DNA from: Deltaproteobacteria bacterium
Lineage (GTDB): Bacteria; Desulfobacterota_D; UBA1144; Nemesobacterales; CSP1-2
NCBI GenBank assembly: GCA_052390235.1
Contig: JBQTHB010000003.1
Coordinates: 64,001-128,000 of the forward strand
DNA: 64,000 bases
Direction: 5' to 3'
In this document: positions 56,152 to 64,000 of the stretch, piece by piece
Position numbering within the stretch: position 1 is the stretch's first letter
Layout: the number at the start of each line of letters is the position of its first letter
The notes under the pieces: generated by a model
What the model was told of the DNA's origin: nothing
Seen by the model: the letters and a program-made list of their open reading frames with translations, nothing else
Database searches by the model: none
Program-made: the position numbers and the translations under genes

Positions 56152-59100
56152 CTAAACCCCCCTGAGTTCAACCGAAACCACTTTGGACACGCCGGGGGTT
56201 GCGGAGGTTATCCCGAGGAGAGAGTCAACAGCCTGCATGGATTTTTTATTGTGAGAGATAATAATAATTTGCGAATCTGCGGCTATAACCCTCAGCAAAT
56301 CCAAAAATCGGGATGTGTTAGCGTCGTCGAGCGGGGCGTCGATCTCATCGAGCAGCAGAAACGGAGCCGCCCTGACAAAGCACGTAGAAAGCACCAGCGC
56401 AATAGCCGAGAGGGCTTTCTCTCCCCCTGAGAGCAGACTCAGAGGCTGAAACCTCTTGCCCCTCGGTCTTGCCATCACATCCACGCCGGTCAGAAGGGCG
56501 TCTTCGGGGTTTGTGAGGATGAGTTTCGCCTCGCCGCCGCTGAAAAGGACACTAAAAACCTCGGCGAATTTCCCATTCACCGCGTTAAAGGTATCCCTAA
56601 ACCTCTTCTCAGATTCTCTGTCAATTCTCGTCATGGCTTTCCTGAGGGACGACATAGCGCCGACGAGGTCTGTGGTCTGAGCGTCGAGAAAATCGGAGCG
56701 CTCTCGAAGCTCCCGATACTCCTCCGGGGCTAGGAGATTCACAGGGCCAAATTTGCCAATTTCCGCCTTAAGCCTAATTAATTCGGCTTCTGCGGCTTCG
56801 GCACTCAGATGGCTATACTCGTCCGCCACAATGGCAGATAAATTCTGGGGCGGAGGCGAAGGGCGGGCGAGTTTTTGAATGGAACTTCGTATATGCCCGG
56901 CGTCAATCTCCGCCTCCCTGCGGCGCGCCTGAAGGGCGTTTATTTCCCGTTCGGCGGCGGCAAGGGATTCGGCGATACTGTGCCTGCGCGGGACGATATT
57001 GGCAGTATCAGCGCAAAGTCGCTCTGCCTCGGCTTTGGCGATGCCCAGGGCGCGCTCCCGTTCGGAGACAGAGGCGGCGAGGGATTTTATCTCGGCTAGG
57101 GCGGCGGCGAGATTTGCCAAGGCGGCGGTTTTCATCTCACTTTTCCTCAGGCGCTCGGCGCGCTCGCGGGAGATTTTTTCTTGAATTTGAGCGCGCCGTT
57201 TTTCGAGTTCGCGGATACTCTGAAGGCAGGAGGTTTGCTTCTCGGCGAGGGACGCGCTCTTCTGCCCTGCGGCGGCGATTTCGGCTTCGAGCGCTCTGCG
57301 TGCCTCGGCGAGGGCGCGGACTCGGTCTTGAAGGGATTTATATTTATCCTCAAGCCCGCGCTTCTCGCCCTGCGCTTTTATCTCCCCGGAGCGGGCATCG
57401 GCGAGTCTCTCGTCCATTCGCTCGATTTCAGACGCCGCCGCCTCAAGCTCAAAGTGTAGAATATCGCGCCGCCTCGCTGTTTTCGCCAGATTGTCTTCGA
57501 GGTTGGCTATGTCTCTTTTAAGAGCGGTGTCTTTGATTTCTATCTCTCTGAGCGATTTGGCGGATGCGTCCAGATCCCCTTCGACGGCGCTAATTGCGCC
57601 TCCGTTGTTTTTAATATCCTCAGCACTATCCATGAGGGATTTTTCAAGCGCCGAGACCTCATGGGAAAGCTCCCGAATCTCAGATTTTCTATCGAAAACC
57701 CCCTCCTTAGCCGCTCCTCCTCCTGATATTGCCCCGGCGGCGTCCAGCACATCTCCGCCGGAGGTTACAAATGACGCGCCGCCCCAGCCTGCTGCGCGAA
57801 TCCGAAGGGCTTCATCGAGAGAGGGGACGATGAAAATCCCAGCTAAAGCCGCATCCACCGCCGCGCTATCAATCCCCCCGGCGCCGACCACCTGGCAGAG
57901 CGGTATGATTTCATCTCCATTCCCAGGGAATTTTCCATCCCAGCCGCCTTTCGACAGCAGATTTTCAATCGAGATAAAAGCTCCTCTTCCGATGGAGCGC
58001 CCCCGCAACGCCGCAAGATATTCAATGGCGTCTTCATCCCGGCTCACGACCACCCACCTGAGCCTATCCCCCAAAGCCGCCTCAACTGCCCGCTCGAACC
58101 CCTTTTGAGGGATGAGAAAATCGGCGAGCAAGCCCAGAACCCTCTGCCCTTTTCTCTCCAGCAAAAACGCCCTCATCCCCTCCGGCAACCACTCGTAGTT
58201 CGATTCTATCCTCCGCAGGGCGCCGAGCCTCGACGACCTCTCCCCCAGATGTTTGCCGAGGATCTCCGCCTGCCCCCTCTTGGCTTCCCGCTCGGTTTTA
58301 AGCCGCTTGAAAGTCGCCTCCGCCTCAGATTTTGAGCGTTTAGCAAGGGCGTATCGCGCGTTCAATCCCTCGGCGGCAGACCTGTACTCGCCAATGCGCG
58401 CCGCGGTTTTATTCATCTCTGCATCCAGCTCGCAAACCTCTCCGCTCGCCCCAGCCACCCTGAGTTTAATCCGCGCTGACTCCCTATCGAGGGCAAGTGC
58501 GCTCGCCTTGAGCGAGGAGATACTATCGAGGTTCTCAAAGACGGCTTTTCGGGTCGCCTCAAGGGATTTTCTATCCTCTTCAAAATTCGATTGGGCATCT
58601 GCAACATATCGCTCTCGCTCGGCAAGCTCAATCTGCTCTGCGTATATGAGATTTTTCGTCTGCTCCAGAGCTTCAACCCTCTGGGCGCGCTCAAGGACTA
58701 ACCTCTCGGACTCTTCGCCGAGGAGATGGATTTCCCCATCGAGCTTTGCGATGAACTCATCCATCGCCGCAATCTCTGCCCGCAGGGAATTTTTTTGAGA
58801 TTCCCGAAGACGCAGATTCGAGGCCGCAGCTAAAATCTCAGAGCTAAGTATCTCTACTTGCGCCCGCACTGGGGAGATTTTCGCCTCCAAATCCCTAAGC
58901 GACTCATCAGCGACGCGCATCTGGGATTCGAGAGCCACAGATTTTATCATCCCATCCTCAATTTCGCGGGACAGATCGCTCTGGCTCGATTCGAGTGTTA
59001 CGAGCCTGCGACGGAGTATGGAAAGCTCCAACCCCTCTGCGCGCTTCGAGATTTCGGCGTACCTAGTGGCTTCCTCAGCCTGACGGCTCAGGTATTGCAT

Positions 59101-59694
59101 TCGACGCGCCGCTTCATTGGCAATATCCCTGACGCGCCCCAGGTTTTCCTTCGTGGCTTCGATTTGAGCCTCGGTCTCGCGCCGCCGAGCTTTATATTTC
59201 ACAATGCCGCCGGCTTCTTCGATTAGCGCCCTTCTGTCCTCAGGCTTTGCCGTGATGAGATGCTCGATTCTCCCTTGAGCGATGATGGTATGCGCCCGCG
59301 CGCCCGCGCCCGTGTCCATGAATAGCTCGGAGATGTCCTTGAGCCTGCACGCCGCGCCGTTTATGTAGTATTCGCTCTCGCCGGAGCGGTATAGCCTGCG
59401 CTTTATCCGAACCTCTTCAAAACCGGATTCCGGCATATCGGTTACGGTCAGAGACACCTGCGCCATTCCGAGGGGTTTTAGCGTCTCCCCTCCGTTGGAT
59501 ATTATGTCGGTCATATCCTCGGCTCTGAGTCTCCGTGGGTTTTGCTCGCCGAGCGCCCACCTTACAGCGTCAATAATATTGGATTTGCCGCACCCGTTGG
59601 GCCCAACGACGGCGTTTATACCCCGATGAAAAACTATCGTAGTCCGCTCATAAAACGACTTAAAACCGATGATTTCCAGAGAGTGAATCCTCAT
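56152..59694 (-). CDS. smc: Chromosome segregation protein SMC
   Basis: GFKSF, GPNGCGKSN, coiled coils with a hinge, LSGGEKAL and LDEIDAPLD. Confidence 0.95.
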   Translation of the reverse strand: MRIHSLEIIGFKSFYERTTIVFHRGINAVVGPNGCGKSNIIDAVRWALGEQNPRRLRAEDMTDIISNGGETLKPLGMAQVSLTVTDMPESGFEEVRIKRRLYRSGESEYYINGAACRLKDISELFMDTGAGARAHTIIAQGRIEHLITAKPEDRRALIEEAGGIVKYKARRRETEAQIEATKENLGRVRDIANEAARRMQYLSRQAEEATRYAEISKRAEGLELSILRRRLVTLESSQSDLSREIEDGMIKSVALESQMRVADESLRDLEAKISPVRAQVEILSSEILAAASNLRLRESQKNSLRAEIAAMDEFIAKLDGEIHLLGEESERLVLERAQRVEALEQTKNLIYAEQIELAERERYVADAQSNFEEDRKSLEATRKAVFENLDSISSLKASALALDRESARIKLRVAGASGEVCELDAEMNKTAARIGEYRSAAEGLNARYALAKRSKSEAEATFKRLKTEREAKRGQAEILGKHLGERSSRLGALRRIESNYEWLPEGMRAFLLERKGQRVLGLLADFLIPQKGFERAVEAALGDRLRWVVVSRDEDAIEYLAALRGRSIGRGAFISIENLLSKGGWDGKFPGNGDEIIPLCQVVGAGGIDSAAVDAALAGIFIVPSLDEALRIRAAGWGGASFVTSGGDVLDAAGAISGGGAAKEGVFDRKSEIRELSHEVSALEKSLMDSAEDIKNNGGAISAVEGDLDASAKSLREIEIKDTALKRDIANLEDNLAKTARRRDILHFELEAAASEIERMDERLADARSGEIKAQGEKRGLEDKYKSLQDRVRALAEARRALEAEIAAAGQKSASLAEKQTSCLQSIRELEKRRAQIQEKISRERAERLRKSEMKTAALANLAAALAEIKSLAASVSERERALGIAKAEAERLCADTANIVPRRHSIAESLAAAEREINALQARRREAEIDAGHIRSSIQKLARPSPPPQNLSAIVADEYSHLSAEAAEAELIRLKAEIGKFGPVNLLAPEEYRELRERSDFLDAQTTDLVGAMSSLRKAMTRIDRESEKRFRDTFNAVNGKFAEVFSVLFSGGEAKLILTNPEDALLTGVDVMARPRGKRFQPLSLLSGGEKALSAIALVLSTCFVRAAPFLLLDEIDAPLDDANTSRFLDLLRVIAADSQIIIISHNKKSMQAVDSLLGITSATPGVSKVVSVELRGV

Positions 59695-59821
59695 AACTTT
59701 TCGGGCCGCGCGCTGGAATTCAAGCCGTAGCAAATCGGCGAGATATTAATTCGCGAAAGGAGAGATTTATGAGGCATCGGAAAAATCCGCCCAGCGGGGC
59801 AAACGCGCGGGGAACAAGACG

Positions 59822-60580
59822 CTACTTGCTGAATAATCTCGACCAAAAACCTGTCTTTTTCTTGCCGCCATACTGCGCTTCGCCCTGCTCTATCGCCCGA
59901 AGTTCCCGCTTTGCCTCTATAAAATCCGGCTCGTATTCTAGGGCTTTAGTAAAATTCGCCTTGGAGCGGTATCTGTTTTCAAGGCGCTTATAGACGCATC
60001 CGAGGTAGTAGTAATTCCTAGCGATTTTTGGATTTGCGGCTATAGACGCTTCGAGATTTTTCAGCGCCTCAGCCGCCGCCGTCTTTTTATCGGAGGCAAG
60101 GAGAAACACCGTCCAAGCAAGCGCCCCGGCATAGGCCTGCTCATCGGGTTTCAGCCTTACGGCTTCTCGAAATTTTCTCTCTGCCTCGGCGTAGTCCCTG
60201 CGATTGAGAAGCGTCTGTCCTTCTCTAAAAGCGAATTCAGCCACATATACGGATTTTGTCTGTTTTTTAAGCTCCGCTATCTCAACGCCAGAGTCGTACT
60301 CCCTGCGCTTGGCGTCGTCCATTAAAAACTGATAAGCCGCGCTAATTTCCTCGAATATCTGCTGGGTTTTGTCCTTCGCCTCCTTGGGGAGGTCGGGAGC
60401 GGCGTCGGGATGAAATCTCTTCACGAGGGCGAAGTAGGAGGTTTTTATATCGTCATTTGACGCCTTGGTGCCGACTCCGAGTGTTTCATAGTAATTCTTC
60501 CCGCCGATTTTAAAATTCATGATTTCGGCGACAATGGCTTCGCGCTTTTTCTTTTTTGAATCCCCGGATGTATCTTCCAT
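59822..60580 (-). CDS. J-domain plus TPR protein
   Basis: NYYETLGV...FHPD...AY..L.D..KR.EYD, followed by TPR repeats. Confidence 0.85.
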   Translation of the reverse strand: MEDTSGDSKKKKREAIVAEIMNFKIGGKNYYETLGVGTKASNDDIKTSYFALVKRFHPDAAPDLPKEAKDKTQQIFEEISAAYQFLMDDAKRREYDSGVEIAELKKQTKSVYVAEFAFREGQTLLNRRDYAEAERKFREAVRLKPDEQAYAGALAWTVFLLASDKKTAAAEALKNLEASIAANPKIARNYYYLGCVYKRLENRYRSKANFTKALEYEPDFIEAKRELRAIEQGEAQYGGKKKTGFWSRLFSK

Positions 60581-60715
60581 AAATGTCTAGCCCGCCCTGC
60601 CGGAGACGATTTTTCGGCAACAATAGAGATTAATCATCGGGATAAATCCCCAACTGCCCTTTATAGAGACGGCGCGGCGCAAGTGTCTATCCCCAATATG
60701 AAATTCTATTGCCAA

Positions 60716-62335
60716 TTATCGCTGCGGCGGAGCACCGGGGAGGGCGAATAGAGTCTCGTTGATAACCGTTTTGGCTTCCTGCCTCAGCTTGCGAACCCAA
60801 TCCAGATAAATCGTCTGCCGCCGCCTTGAAATCTCGCTCTGCCGGAGTTGCTCTTTAGACTGCTCAAACTCCTCCTGGCTTATCTCTCGTTTATCCTTGA
60901 GGGACACCACATAGAACTTATCGCCGACCGGGTAAATTTTGCCGGAAACCGGAGCCTCTGCGTCGAGATAAAAGGCATCGAGCTTAGCGTCGTCCGATTC
61001 AACCTTGGCAACGCCGTCAAGGCGCGAGAAATACCCGGTTTCATCGAGCGCAAGCCCGCCAAATGACTCCACCTCGGCAAATTGAAGCCCAAGCGAGGCT
61101 TTCGCCCTATCAAGCACCTCTTTTGCCTTGGACTGAGCGGTTTCCTTAGCCTTGGCTATTTTAATTGCCTGGATAACCTGCGGCTTGGCGTCTTCAAAGC
61201 TCATTTCGGCGGGCGCGATAACTTGGGATAATTCTATTGCCCACACTCCGTCCTCGGTTTGGATGAAAGCCCTCTCTCCCTCGGCAAGGGAAAAAGCCCG
61301 GCTCCTAGCCTGTAGCGGGATTTCGGGAGATTGGTCATCGGGGGCAAACAGGGGGCTTTGCTTAACCTCGCCCGCGCTGTTTGCTTTGGCAAGCTCGCCG
61401 AGAGATTTTTCTCTTATATTTGCCTGAAGGTTTTTAATAAGCCCCGCTTTTGCCTGCGCCGCCCTTTGTTCTATAATCTTTTTTTGAACCTCGTCTCGAA
61501 CGTCGGCAAAGAGTTTGACTGCATCCCCGTCTTTGAACTCACTCGAATAGGAGTCATAATAAGCCCGAAGTTCCGCCTCCGATGGGGTGATTTTAGACTC
61601 CATGTCGCTGAAAGAGACGGCAAAGTATCTGATAGCCCTTTTTTCGGGGGATTTAAGCTCGGCTTTGTAGCTGTCGTAGTAATTTTTGATGTCCTGCTCG
61701 GCGGGTGAGAAAGACCCCATAAAATCCGCCGCCGATAGGGCAACGAAGTACAGGTCTGCCTTTTCATTTTGCATTCTGTATATGTTCAGCAGCTCTTCAT
61801 CGGTAACCTTAGCCGTCTCAAAAATGAAATCCTTTGCCTTCTGTGCGAGGAGCTCTTCCCTGTAAGCCTCTTCAAACTCGGTTACGCTCTCTTTGAAGGA
61901 CTGCTGAATAAAAGTCCTGTAAGCCTCTTTCCCAATGAACTGTCCGTCAACCTGAAAGCCGGGGTTCGAGGTAATCGAGAGGCTGAGTTCTTCGTCGCTC
62001 ACTCTGAAGCCAAGTTCTGCGGATTTCTGAGCGAGTAGTTTTAACTCGATTAATTGATTGAGCGCGGTAAAGCCTAGGAAATTCAGCGCCCCTTCCGGGA
62101 CATCGCCCTGCTGCTGCTGCTGAAACTGTCTGTAGATGTTATCCCTAGCCCTGTAGAACTGCAGTAGCGATATTTCCTCGCCGTTCACCTCTGCCGCAGT
62201 CCCCTTGGGGGCGCTCCCGACCGAGCCGAAATCGGTCAGGCTGAAGCCTAGCCCAAAGATAAACGTTATGGCAAGCAAAAATAGCACGCCCTTTGTGAAC
62301 CAGCTTTCTTTACTTCTTAAAAGATCGAGACTCAT
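60716..62335 (-). CDS. ppiD: PpiD/SurA-N-domain periplasmic chaperone
   Basis: N-terminal TM helix, AEVNGEEI, F..DGQF...Y and YY......PE.R. No clear parvulin domain. Confidence 0.75.
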   Translation of the reverse strand: MSLDLLRSKESWFTKGVLFLLAITFIFGLGFSLTDFGSVGSAPKGTAAEVNGEEISLLQFYRARDNIYRQFQQQQQGDVPEGALNFLGFTALNQLIELKLLAQKSAELGFRVSDEELSLSITSNPGFQVDGQFIGKEAYRTFIQQSFKESVTEFEEAYREELLAQKAKDFIFETAKVTDEELLNIYRMQNEKADLYFVALSAADFMGSFSPAEQDIKNYYDSYKAELKSPEKRAIRYFAVSFSDMESKITPSEAELRAYYDSYSSEFKDGDAVKLFADVRDEVQKKIIEQRAAQAKAGLIKNLQANIREKSLGELAKANSAGEVKQSPLFAPDDQSPEIPLQARSRAFSLAEGERAFIQTEDGVWAIELSQVIAPAEMSFEDAKPQVIQAIKIAKAKETAQSKAKEVLDRAKASLGLQFAEVESFGGLALDETGYFSRLDGVAKVESDDAKLDAFYLDAEAPVSGKIYPVGDKFYVVSLKDKREISQEEFEQSKEQLRQSEISRRRQTIYLDWVRKLRQEAKTVINETLFALPGAPPQR

Positions 62336-62413
62336 AGTGAATTCCCCGCAGTTTATTTAACTTTTTAAAATCTATACCACACCGCGCGAAGTTTCAAGGA
62401 ACAATCCTAAAAC

Positions 62414-62442
62414 TTGACAGCCCGAAGCCCTCTGAATATTCT
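62414..62442 (+). promoter_or_regulatory. Putative sigma70 promoter of cofD
   Basis: TTGACA-N17-TATTCT. Confidence 0.55.
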
Positions 62443-62516
62443 AAAGCCCGAACTCGGCGATTGTCTCTATCTCCAAAAATAAATGAGTTTCCCGCAACAC
62501 TCAAGGCTATTTAATC

Positions 62517-63452
62517 ATGATTACAGCCCTCGGCGGCGGCGTAGGTGCCGCTAAGTTCCTAAGCGGTCTCCACCCTGTTCTCAGCGGCGAATCCCTTTTG
62601 GCAATAGTCAACACCGCAGACGACATCACCATCTCAGGCTTGAGAATATCCCCCGACATTGACACCACCGTTTACTGGCTATCGGGGATGGTTGACAGAG
62701 AGAGGGGGTGGGGAATCAAAGACGACACCTTCAATTTTATGGATTCCCTAGAGCGGTTCGGGGTAAACGTGTGGTTTAAAATCGGCGACGGCGACCTCGC
62801 AACCCACGTCCACCGGACTCGGCTCAGAGAAAAAGGGGCTACCCTGTCGGAAATCACCCGAAGCATGGCAAAGTCCTTCGGCGTCGGCGACGGCATAACG
62901 ATTCTCCCCATGACCGACGAAGACGTAGAAACGTGGATTCTCACCGACCGAGGCAGTATCCACTTTCAGGAATATCTCATCAAGAATAAAATGACCCCAG
63001 AGGTGCGCGGCGTGTCAATTCGAGGCATCGAGAAGGCAAAACCCGCCCCCGGAGTCATCGAGGCTATACACGCGGCAAGGGGAATTATCATCTGCCCCAG
63101 CAACCCTATTATCAGCATAGGCACGATACTCCAGGTGCCGGGCATAAGAGAGGCCCTTCGCGAAACCGAGGCGATGGTTCTCGCCGTAAGCCCCCTCGTG
63201 GGAGGCGTGCCAATTAAGGGACCCGCCGACAGGCTCATGCGAGGGCTTGGACTCGAGGTGTCATCCACGCAGATAGCCAAGCTCTACTCGGATTTTCTGG
63301 ATATTATGGTCATAGATGGAAGAGACGCCGATGAAGCCGAAAGAATAAAATCCCTAGGGCTAGAGGTCGCCATTGCCGATACGCTGATGTTGGATCAGGG
63401 CAGAGCAGAAGCGGCGGCGGCGGCGGCGCTCAGGGCTTTTGACTCTGCCTAG
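62517..63452 (+). CDS. cofD: 2-phospho-L-lactate/phosphoenolpyruvate transferase CofD/FbiA (F420 synthesis)
   Basis: GGGVGAAKFL.G, NTADD, SPDIDT..Y, WF.IGD.DLATH..R, HFQEY, PSNP.ISI and KGPA motifs. Confidence 0.92.
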   Translation: MITALGGGVGAAKFLSGLHPVLSGESLLAIVNTADDITISGLRISPDIDTTVYWLSGMVDRERGWGIKDDTFNFMDSLERFGVNVWFKIGDGDLATHVHRTRLREKGATLSEITRSMAKSFGVGDGITILPMTDEDVETWILTDRGSIHFQEYLIKNKMTPEVRGVSIRGIEKAKPAPGVIEAIHAARGIIICPSNPIISIGTILQVPGIREALRETEAMVLAVSPLVGGVPIKGPADRLMRGLGLEVSSTQIAKLYSDFLDIMVIDGRDADEAERIKSLGLEVAIADTLMLDQGRAEAAAAAALRAFDSA

Positions 63453-63586
63453 AGGGATTGCGCACAGAGGTTCGGGAGGAGGCGCGGCACAGGGGCGGCG
63501 GTTGATTGACATCCCTCCTTTTTCATGTTAAAAAATTACGATTTCCGTTTACACTCTCTAGTCCTCAAGGATATTCTAAGCAACCG

Positions 63587-64000
63587 ATGATTGGCATAGA
63601 AAAAGCAGACGGCTACTCAGTTGAGCAGTTCCTTCTCGCCTTTGCCCTGATACTAGCGGCTTCAAAAATATTCGGAGAGCTAGCGGAAAGAGTGAAGATG
63701 CCCTCCGTTTTGGGAGAGCTTCTGGCGGGTGTGGCGCTTGGGGGAAGCGTTCTGGCTCTCGTCCCCTCGCTTCCGGGGGAGGCAGGATATGAGACGTTTC
63801 ATCTGTTAGCCGAGGTTGGAGTGGCGATACTGCTCTTTGAAATAGGGCTTGAGACAAACCTCAGAGACTTGCTCAAAGTCGGCTTGGCTTCTGCCCTAGT
63901 CGCCTTGGTAGGAATCGCCGTTCCATTTGCCCTCGGATTCGCGGCGACACTCGCCTTTGCAAATTACGGTATGCTCGGAGAGATAAACCCATCGCTAATC
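63587..64000 (+). CDS. Cation:proton antiporter (CPA2 family), 5' part; runs off the window edge
   Basis: Manual translation: SKIFGELAERVKMPSVLGELLAGVALG...LAEVGVAILLFEIGLE. Not in the ORF track. Confidence 0.9.
   Translation, partial: MIGIEKADGYSVEQFLLAFALILAASKIFGELAERVKMPSVLGELLAGVALGGSVLALVPSLPGEAGYETFHLLAEVGVAILLFEIGLETNLRDLLKVGLASALVALVGIAVPFALGFAATLAFANYGMLGEINPSLI

Noticed and set aside
56152..59694. SMC as part of a Wadjet/MksBEF defence system
   Set aside because: Canonical SMC motifs, housekeeping context and no jet/mks partners.

Overview
A 64-kb chromosomal segment from a bacterium, probably a deltaproteobacteria-like diderm. Gene style and order are compatible with Ca. Dadabacteria, but that is inference only. 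Most of the window is housekeeping: rsmA (partial), ffh-rpsP-khpA-rimM-trmD-rplS, rng, eno, leuCD, phoH, serA-hisZ-purA, tatA, tatC, mqnD, secA, smc, ppiD and cofD. I saw no transposase, prophage, CRISPR array, rRNA or tRNA. The most notable items are: (1) a tightly coupled four-gene operon with two PTPS-II paralogues, folE and a Chlorobium-type sepiapterin reductase-like SDR, which looks like a complete de novo tetrahydrobiopterin pathway; (2) a small membrane protein with CREST motifs resembling eukaryotic TMEM8/myomaker, whose likely N-terminus has no in-frame ATG; (3) a GT-C/PMT/GT2/GtrA protein O-glycosylation cluster, with Pro/Thr-rich secreted proteins nearby as candidate substrates; (4) a TrmD-Tm1570 double-SPOUT fusion; (5) four 11-bp-phased GTTAAC boxes and a possible leader ORF upstream of phoH; (6) a soluble [2Fe-2S] class III cyclase with an altered base-specifying residue; (7) REP/dRS3-like intergenic repeat clusters. 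All family assignments come from motif recognition by eye, with no database searches.
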